This document shows positions 58,447 through 64,000 of a DNA stretch of 64,000 nucleotides, piece after piece; within the stretch, counting starts at the first letter, position 1, and every line of letters begins with the position of its first letter. The translations under genes were made by a program, and so were the position numbers. The DNA is from an archaeon (GTDB lineage Archaea; EX4484-52; WAPT01): assembly GCA_029258795.1 (NCBI GenBank), contig JAPDKB010000002.1:128001-192000 (forward strand). The letters run 5' to 3'. The notes beneath the pieces were generated by a model. It saw nothing but the letters and a program-made list of their open reading frames with translations, had not been told where the DNA came from and did no database searches.

Positions 58447-58995
58447 ATGATGCTCTTCTTTCGCGTTTCTGAAGTGGGAAAATGCATGAGGTTCCTCTAC
58501 TTTACCAGAGTGCTCGGGAGGCTTGAGGACATCTCCTCCAAGCCAGAAGTCGTGGAAGGCAAAACCCTACATGAGAACTTCCAGAACGAGTGGATCGAGC
58601 AGGTTGACAGCGAAGCTAAACAGGAAGAGGAAGCGATGTTCCTACATGACAAGTTCGTGGTGAGGGGTAAAGCTGACATAGTGAGCGGAGATAAGGTCAT
58701 AGAGATAAAGACCACAAATAAGCTGCCACCCAGACCATATGAGACCCATGTAAGGCAGCTTAATTTTTACCTCGGGCTTTTCAAGCTGGAGCACGGCTTA
58801 CTGATTTACCTCCTGCGGAACGGAAACGGCAGGAGAGAGTTTGAGGTGGGCTTTGACGAAGGAATGTTTCTCAACGACCTCAGACGGTTCGAGAAACTTT
58901 ACGAATGCCTCACTAGCTTCATAGTTCCGGAAAAGGAGCCATCGCCGCTCTGCAACTTCTGCGAGTACAGGTTCTTGTGTGATAGAATGAAATAA
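58447..58995 (+). CDS. Stand-alone Cas4-like PD-(D/E)XK nuclease
   Basis: 'C.R' N-terminus, 'G...H', 'GKADI', 'IEIKT', 'QL.FY', terminal 'C..C.Y...C' Fe-S ligands. Confidence 0.85.
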   Translation: MMLFFRVSEVGKCMRFLYFTRVLGRLEDISSKPEVVEGKTLHENFQNEWIEQVDSEAKQEEEAMFLHDKFVVRGKADIVSGDKVIEIKTTNKLPPRPYETHVRQLNFYLGLFKLEHGLLIYLLRNGNGRREFEVGFDEGMFLNDLRRFEKLYECLTSFIVPEKEPSPLCNFCEYRFLCDRMK

Positions 58996-59033
58996 TGGTT
59001 TGATTCTTAAAATTATGGAATAAACATGTTTGC

Positions 59034-59921
59034 ATGCATGAAAATTACGGATTTACATGCGCATACGACTTGTTAAGGGGAGGATATGATCCTCAAAGAA
59101 AAAATGAACTGGTAGCGGAACTGTATCGCGCTGAGAGTTCTTTTCTAAAAGATTTGGTGGATGAGTGGATCGCAGAGAAGGTTGTTGAGAGCAGGGAAAA
59201 GCTCGAAAAGGAAATCAATGAAATTTATGATGGTGTATGCACATCCTTACCGCCTGTGCTCACAACAAAAACTCACTGCAATGTTGTGCCCTACAGAATA
59301 GACATAAAACACAAGGGCGGTGTGCCTTGCCTATCACTTAGATTGGTTTCATGGTTTAAGGGGGATGAGGTGTATATTCAGCCAGCGGGGCTGTACGAGT
59401 TGGAGGTGTGTGGTGAGTTTCCACAGGAATTGGAAAATTATGAAATTGTGCTTCATTCCGAGGGTAGCATGATATCTCCATCAGCTTCGGTTTGCATTCC
59501 TCATAAAGATCTGGCGGAAAATGATAGAAAGCTTGTGGAAAATTTTGTGCAGCTTGTTCTGAGCTATTTTGGTCATGTTTATGAGGCAGAAAGAAAAATG
59601 GAAAGCTTGGAAAAGGATTTGGAGCTAATGGAGAAAGAACTTAACAAACTTTATGCTGATCCTGTGCTTTTTTATTCTCGAACGGATAACAGACCTGTGG
59701 GAATCCTCATTCCTCCCCATTTTACACACATAGTGGTTGGTGAGGATGTTCTTCCTACTTCCAACGGAAAAATTGCTGTTGAGGTTGATGGAAAGAGGCT
59801 TCAGAGAGCTTTACTGCTTTTAAGGGCGGAGGCCTTTGATAGAGCGGTGGTGCAGGAGGACTGGAGATGGGAGCCGTGGTACTGGTATGCTGAGGTGAAG
59901 GAAGGTACAGTTTTTCGCTGA
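59034..59921 (+). CDS. Hypothetical protein
   Basis: 295-aa ORF; no family recognised. Confidence 0.65.
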   Translation: MHENYGFTCAYDLLRGGYDPQRKNELVAELYRAESSFLKDLVDEWIAEKVVESREKLEKEINEIYDGVCTSLPPVLTTKTHCNVVPYRIDIKHKGGVPCLSLRLVSWFKGDEVYIQPAGLYELEVCGEFPQELENYEIVLHSEGSMISPSASVCIPHKDLAENDRKLVENFVQLVLSYFGHVYEAERKMESLEKDLELMEKELNKLYADPVLFYSRTDNRPVGILIPPHFTHIVVGEDVLPTSNGKIAVEVDGKRLQRALLLLRAEAFDRAVVQEDWRWEPWYWYAEVKEGTVFR

Positions 59922-59977
59922 ATTAAAGAGCTGAGCAGTGGAAATAATAAATAGTAGTTTGCCAACATTACTTTTTC

Positions 59978-61381
59978 ATGAGGAAGGATGAAATGAGGAA
60001 AGTGCTTGCTCAAGCATTGAACCTTGTTAAACCGTCTGTCGAGGAAAAAAAGAAGGTGATGAAGCTTTTCGAGAAGATAAAAGAGTTTATAGAGCAGAAT
60101 TACGGGCTGGAAGCTAGGTTAATGGGTTCTGTGGCCAAGGACACGTTTTTGAGGGGAGCAAGAGACCTGGACATCTTCGTGCTATTTCCGGTTGATGTGA
60201 GCAGGGAGGAGCTGGAGAAGAAGGGGCTTGAAATTGGAAGAGCGGTTTTCGAGCATTTTGGAGGAAAGGATGTCGTTGTTGCCTATGCCGAACATCCGTA
60301 CACGAGAGGTGTGATCGATGGTTTTGAGGTTGAAATCGTGCCAGCTTACAAGATAAAGGATGCGTCTCAGCTTAAGAGCGCGGTTGACAGGACTCCATTT
60401 CACACGGATTACGTGCTCAAAAATTTAAGGAATCATGATGATGTCAGGCTGTTGAAAGCATTTTTGAAAGCGATAGGAGCGTACGGTTCTGATCTCAAGA
60501 CTGCTGGCTTTTCCGGCTACTTGTGTGAGGTGCTCATAATCCATTGCGGAGATTTTATTTCCCTGCTGGAAGCGTGTCAGAGATGGGGATGGCAGGAGAT
60601 TATAGATCCCGCAGGCCATTACAGCAGGAAGGATTACTCCAAGCTCAGAAGGATGTTCAAAGGACAGCCGCTGATAGTTGTGGATCCCGTCGATCCCAAG
60701 AGAAACGTGGCTGCTGCGCTTTCTGCTGAGAAGCTCGCTTTATTCATTTACGCTGCCAGGAAGTTCATGGAAAAGCCATCCATTAAATTCTTCCAGCCCA
60801 TCAAGATCAGAGTGAACAAGAAAGCGGAGCTGGAAAAGCTGAAAAAGGAGGGCAGGAAAGTTTACGCTCTTGTGTTGGAAAGGCCTGCCGGAGTGATGGA
60901 CGACACTCTTTACCCGCAGTTGAAAAAACTCGCTGACAACATCAAAGCTTTTCTCGAGCACAACGAGTTTGTGGTGGAGGATACATGGATTTTCGGGGAT
61001 GAGGAGGTCGGAGTTGGGTTTGAAGTGGTTGATGACAGGCTTCCATTGACGAGGATAATGAAGGGCCCGCGCATTTTCGATGATGTGAAGCATCAGGAAA
61101 GGTTTGTGAGCAAGCACAAAGTTGTGTGGATCGGAGAGGGCGGGAGATTTTATGCGAGGGAAAAAAGGAAGTACAGAAACGTGAGGGAGCTCATCTCCTA
61201 CCATCTCTCAGGCAGTTTTGAGGAGATAAGGCAGAAGGGTGTACCCAAACACATAGCGAGAAGCGTGACAGAGCATGGCTATCTCTTGTTCAAGAACGAG
61301 GAATTAAGAGAGGTGAAAAGCAGAGAGTTCTGGGAGGGGCTTGTCAAATTCAACCTGCGAAAGCTGGAAAGATTAGAGTAA
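59978..61381 (+). CDS. cca: CCA-adding tRNA nucleotidyltransferase (class I)
   Basis: 'GSVAKDTFL...DLDIF', 'YAEHPY', 'SAVDRTPFH', 'GFSGYL.E', 'DPVDP.RNVAA'. Confidence 0.96.
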   Translation: MRKDEMRKVLAQALNLVKPSVEEKKKVMKLFEKIKEFIEQNYGLEARLMGSVAKDTFLRGARDLDIFVLFPVDVSREELEKKGLEIGRAVFEHFGGKDVVVAYAEHPYTRGVIDGFEVEIVPAYKIKDASQLKSAVDRTPFHTDYVLKNLRNHDDVRLLKAFLKAIGAYGSDLKTAGFSGYLCEVLIIHCGDFISLLEACQRWGWQEIIDPAGHYSRKDYSKLRRMFKGQPLIVVDPVDPKRNVAAALSAEKLALFIYAARKFMEKPSIKFFQPIKIRVNKKAELEKLKKEGRKVYALVLERPAGVMDDTLYPQLKKLADNIKAFLEHNEFVVEDTWIFGDEEVGVGFEVVDDRLPLTRIMKGPRIFDDVKHQERFVSKHKVVWIGEGGRFYAREKRKYRNVRELISYHLSGSFEEIRQKGVPKHIARSVTEHGYLLFKNEELREVKSREFWEGLVKFNLRKLERLE

Positions 61382-62491
61382 AAGGGTGCAGGTCTCAGCC
61401 ACCATGGCAAACAGTATCACCGCCATGCACAGCGCGTAGAGAATCTTCTCCATAACTTTCAGCTTTTCAACCCTCATAAGTGTGAACAGAATGAACCCTA
61501 TGGGTATTAGCACGCCGTAACAGGCGGCTATAGCAAGCAGCTGCGTAAAGCTGAAATTTCCCAGCCCCATAAACACGCTGACGAGAAGGAGCAGAATGGC
61601 TGACTCTCTCCTGAGCTTCAGATCACTTTCCATCATATCACACGCGGCAAGCGTTACCGCAATGGCTGATGTTGCTACTGCAAAAAACGCGAAGCTCACT
61701 CCAAGCACCTGCAGAACACCGCTGCTGAAGGATGTTGGTGCAATTTCATTGACTTCAGGCATCGAAGCCACAACAGCAAGCGAGAAGAGCAGGTAAATCA
61801 GAGCGGGAATTCCGAAGCCAAGCACAATAACGCTCCTGAAGTTCCTTTCAAGGTGCTCGTGCCTCAGCAGTTTGTACGCTTCGGGAATCACCATGTGGGC
61901 ATCCATCGCAAATAGTATGACCAGAAATGAAGTGAGTAGATTTCTCATTTCATTATCCGCGCTCCAGAAAAGCGGTACCTTTTCAACATTCCCGTTGGGA
62001 AGCAAAAGAACGATGAGAAGAAGGATAACTGTGACCATCATGAACGTTATGACGGATTCCAGCCTGCCGGTGCTTTTCAATCCCGTGATTACGGGAAAAG
62101 TGCAGAGCAGAAATAACACCACAACTCCGTAGATGTTGCTCAACCCTACATGAGCAAAGAGCGAGCTGTAAGCGGTGAAATATGCCCCGAGCGTCGGCAC
62201 AAAGAAAAGAAGAAGCGAAAGCACGACCACCCTCTTGCCTGTTTTTCCAAACCCGAGCTCCACCAGCTCTCCCAGATAAACCCGATCCACATTTTTGAAA
62301 TGCTGCATCAGCCTTTTGGTGGCGAGGGATGTAAGATAATATATCCAGAACGCGATGACTGCAAGCAGAATATAAGGCACAAGTCCGCTCTCCTTCAGGC
62401 GGGAGGGCAAACCCAAGATGCCAGCACCTATTACCGCTCCCACAAGAATTGATACGCTCTCCACATATGCTTCGCGTTTCCACAGAATCAT
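61373..62491 (-). CDS. Amino acid permease (aromatic amino acid/HAAAP-like)
   Basis: 'LVGAVIGAGILGLP' N-terminal motif, about 11 TM helices. Confidence 0.82.
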   Translation of the reverse strand: MILWKREAYVESVSILVGAVIGAGILGLPSRLKESGLVPYILLAVIAFWIYYLTSLATKRLMQHFKNVDRVYLGELVELGFGKTGKRVVVLSLLLFFVPTLGAYFTAYSSLFAHVGLSNIYGVVVLFLLCTFPVITGLKSTGRLESVITFMMVTVILLLIVLLLPNGNVEKVPLFWSADNEMRNLLTSFLVILFAMDAHMVIPEAYKLLRHEHLERNFRSVIVLGFGIPALIYLLFSLAVVASMPEVNEIAPTSFSSGVLQVLGVSFAFFAVATSAIAVTLAACDMMESDLKLRRESAILLLLVSVFMGLGNFSFTQLLAIAACYGVLIPIGFILFTLMRVEKLKVMEKILYALCMAVILFAMVAETCTLLL

Positions 62492-62554
62492 GATTTTATG
62501 GTTGACCCTTCAAAACTATTTTAAGATTTCGGTGGTATAATATAGCTACACCAC

Positions 62555-62681
62555 GCGGGGGTCGCCTAGCCTGGTTTGGCGTGGGACTGCAGATCCCATT
62601 TACCCGGGTTCGAATGCTGCGGAAGCAAAACTTCCTTGCATTTCCAGCTGTCCGCAGCTGAAAATCCCGGCCCCCGCTCCA
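62555..62681 (+). tRNA. tRNA-Cys(GCA) with a 50-nt intron at 59/60 (62615-62664); CCA encoded
   Basis: Acceptor GCGGGGG/CCCCCGC, U73 discriminator, anticodon arm TGGGA-CTGCAGA-TCCCA, T arm CCGGG-TTCGAA[intron]T-CCCGG with a full BHB. Confidence 0.92.
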
Positions 62682-62734
62682 GAAAGATTTTTCTTTTGGC
62701 TCTAATACCCAAAAATGAAGAAAAAGAGGAGGTG

Positions 62735-62827
62735 TTACTTCCTCTTCTTGTGTCTCATTTTCTTCCTTCTTTTCTTCAGTTTGTGTTTCCTTATTTTTGC
62801 ACGCTTCCTTTTCTTTCCCGATGGCAT
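62735..62827 (-). CDS. 30-aa basic protein resembling ribosomal protein bS22/mS38 (AURKAIP1/COX24 family); not in ORF track
   Basis: Hand translation MPSGKKRKRAKIRKHKLKKRRKKMRHKKRK*, GGGTG RBS, 18 nt after the upstream stop. Confidence 0.75.
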   Translation of the reverse strand: MPSGKKRKRAKIRKHKLKKRRKKMRHKKRK

Positions 62828-62845
62828 TCCATGCACCCTGAAATC

Positions 62846-63598
62846 TCACTCAAGCTTTTTTAACAGCTTCCTTAAATTGAAATATTTTTTGTTTAACTTC
62901 TCGCTCTCTTTCTTGACCTCTATGAGCTTATCCTCGATTTCCCGCGCAACCTTCCCAACCTCATGTATTTCTTTCTTCTTTAGCGCTTTTGAGAGTTTTA
63001 GAATCACCTTGATTTCTTCTTCCAGTTTTTTCTTTTCTTTCTCGAACTCCTCTATCTCCTTTTCCATCCCTTCCAGAACTTCAGCTTTTTTCTTTATTAT
63101 TTCGGAAACACTCTTTTCTTCTTTTTCCACTTCCTCCTCTTCCTTCACAACATTCTTCAGCTCTTTTTCAAGTTCAGCTTTCCTTTTCCTCAACTCTTCC
63201 AGCTCCCTCTCAACCTCTCTAACCTTCTCCAAGTCCTTATCCAGAACCTTCTCAAACTTCTCCATGACCTTTTTGAATTCCTTGATCCGTCTTTCCTTCG
63301 CTTTCAGCTCTTCCTTCAGAGTTCTTGCTTGTTTATTCACCCTCTCCCCAAGCTCCTTTACCTTCTTTTCACCCAGCTCTTCGGCTTCCTCAGAAAGGTA
63401 AAGATGGCACCTTCCCCTCGCATCATAATCGAGAACCATGAACCCCTCCCTGGCAAAAACCTTAGCCCACACTTCCACCGTCTTTTCAGGCACATTGAGA
63501 ATGGAAGCAGCAGATTCTATCGTTATGCCGGGATCATTTTTTACAAGCTCGATAAGCTTGTCAGCTTCCGTTTCAAGAAGCATGTTTTTAAATTCCAT
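62846..63598 (-). CDS. Hypothetical protein: N-terminal HTH-like domain plus long coiled coil
   Basis: 'LETEADKLIELVK...ITIESAA..LNVPEKTVEVWAK' then K/E-rich heptads; GAGGTG RBS. Confidence 0.7.
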   Translation of the reverse strand: MEFKNMLLETEADKLIELVKNDPGITIESAASILNVPEKTVEVWAKVFAREGFMVLDYDARGRCHLYLSEEAEELGEKKVKELGERVNKQARTLKEELKAKERRIKEFKKVMEKFEKVLDKDLEKVREVERELEELRKRKAELEKELKNVVKEEEEVEKEEKSVSEIIKKKAEVLEGMEKEIEEFEKEKKKLEEEIKVILKLSKALKKKEIHEVGKVAREIEDKLIEVKKESEKLNKKYFNLRKLLKKLE

Positions 63599-63644
63599 GC
63601 CGACACCTCAACCTTTATATGAAGGCATGAATTAAAATATTTTT

Positions 63645-64000
63645 ATGTCTTCCGCAAATTTCCTTCATTTTCGCAAAAAATCGCAGTCCGCCACAGAATA
63701 TCTTGTTGTGGTGAGCGTAGCGCTTGCACTCCTCTCTCCTCTTATCGTCATGGCTCAGCAAACCGTTTATGACCTCAACACCTCCATAAATCTCATAGAG
63801 GCGAACAACGCTCTGACAAAGATAAAAAACGCTGCCGACAGGGTTTATGCTCAAGGGTATCCATCAAAGCTTAGCTTTATGGTTATCGTCCCAAACAGAA
63901 TGGAGCGGATGTTCGTTGATGATCATGCGCTGATAATGGAACTTTCTTACAAGGATGCCCCATCCCATGTGGTTGAGTTCTTCGATTATGATATTGTGCT
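63645..64000 (+). CDS. Class III signal peptide (type IV pilin-like) protein, truncated by window end; not in ORF track
   Basis: Hand translation MSSANFLHFRKKS/QSATEYLVVVSVALALLSPLIV...IKNAADRVYAQGYPSK: basic residues, Q+1, E+5, hydrophobic helix; open to window edge. Confidence 0.75.
   Translation, partial: MSSANFLHFRKKSQSATEYLVVVSVALALLSPLIVMAQQTVYDLNTSINLIEANNALTKIKNAADRVYAQGYPSKLSFMVIVPNRMERMFVDDHALIMELSYKDAPSHVVEFFDYDIV

Noticed and set aside
58447-58995. CRISPR-Cas locus suggested by the Cas4-like gene
   Set aside because: No repeat-spacer array or other cas gene is visible in the window.
62496-62849. 117-aa minus-strand ORF in the track
   Set aside because: It runs antisense through tRNA-Cys and is a different frame of the 30-aa basic ORF, which has the RBS and a recognisable pattern.

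Overview
This is an archaeal chromosomal window. It carries Rpo11, TFS, aIF2-gamma, aEF1A, eS6, uS10, Dph2, deoxyhypusine synthase, a class I CCA enzyme, GatCAB and Mre11/Rad50/NurA, with GGTG(A)-type ribosome-binding sites and TATA boxes. The compact information-processing content, large Cys-rich surface proteins and pilin-like ORF suggest a DPANN-type archaeon (inference). Main highlights: (1) tRNA-Met(CAT) and tRNA-Cys(GCA) carry homologous 49-50 nt introns at the same T-loop position (59/60). Each can fold into a bulge-helix-bulge (BHB) or into a covarying alternative fold that hides the splice site. (2) The tRNA-Met anticodon intron contains a perfect antisense copy of its own anticodon loop plus C/D-like boxes. 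(3) A 30-aa ORF missed by the ORF track resembles ribosomal protein bS22/mS38. (4) An operon links lipoate ligase, an NADH flavoprotein, an AhpD-like protein, a GcvH-like carrier and a thioredoxin-CcdA/DsbD-type membrane protein. (5) One intact and one decayed IS6 element each sit directly upstream of a large surface-protein locus. (6) An nrdR-nrdJ-cobA operon has tandem NrdR boxes just downstream of an archaeal TATA box. All assignments come from motif recognition and hand alignment; no database searches were run.
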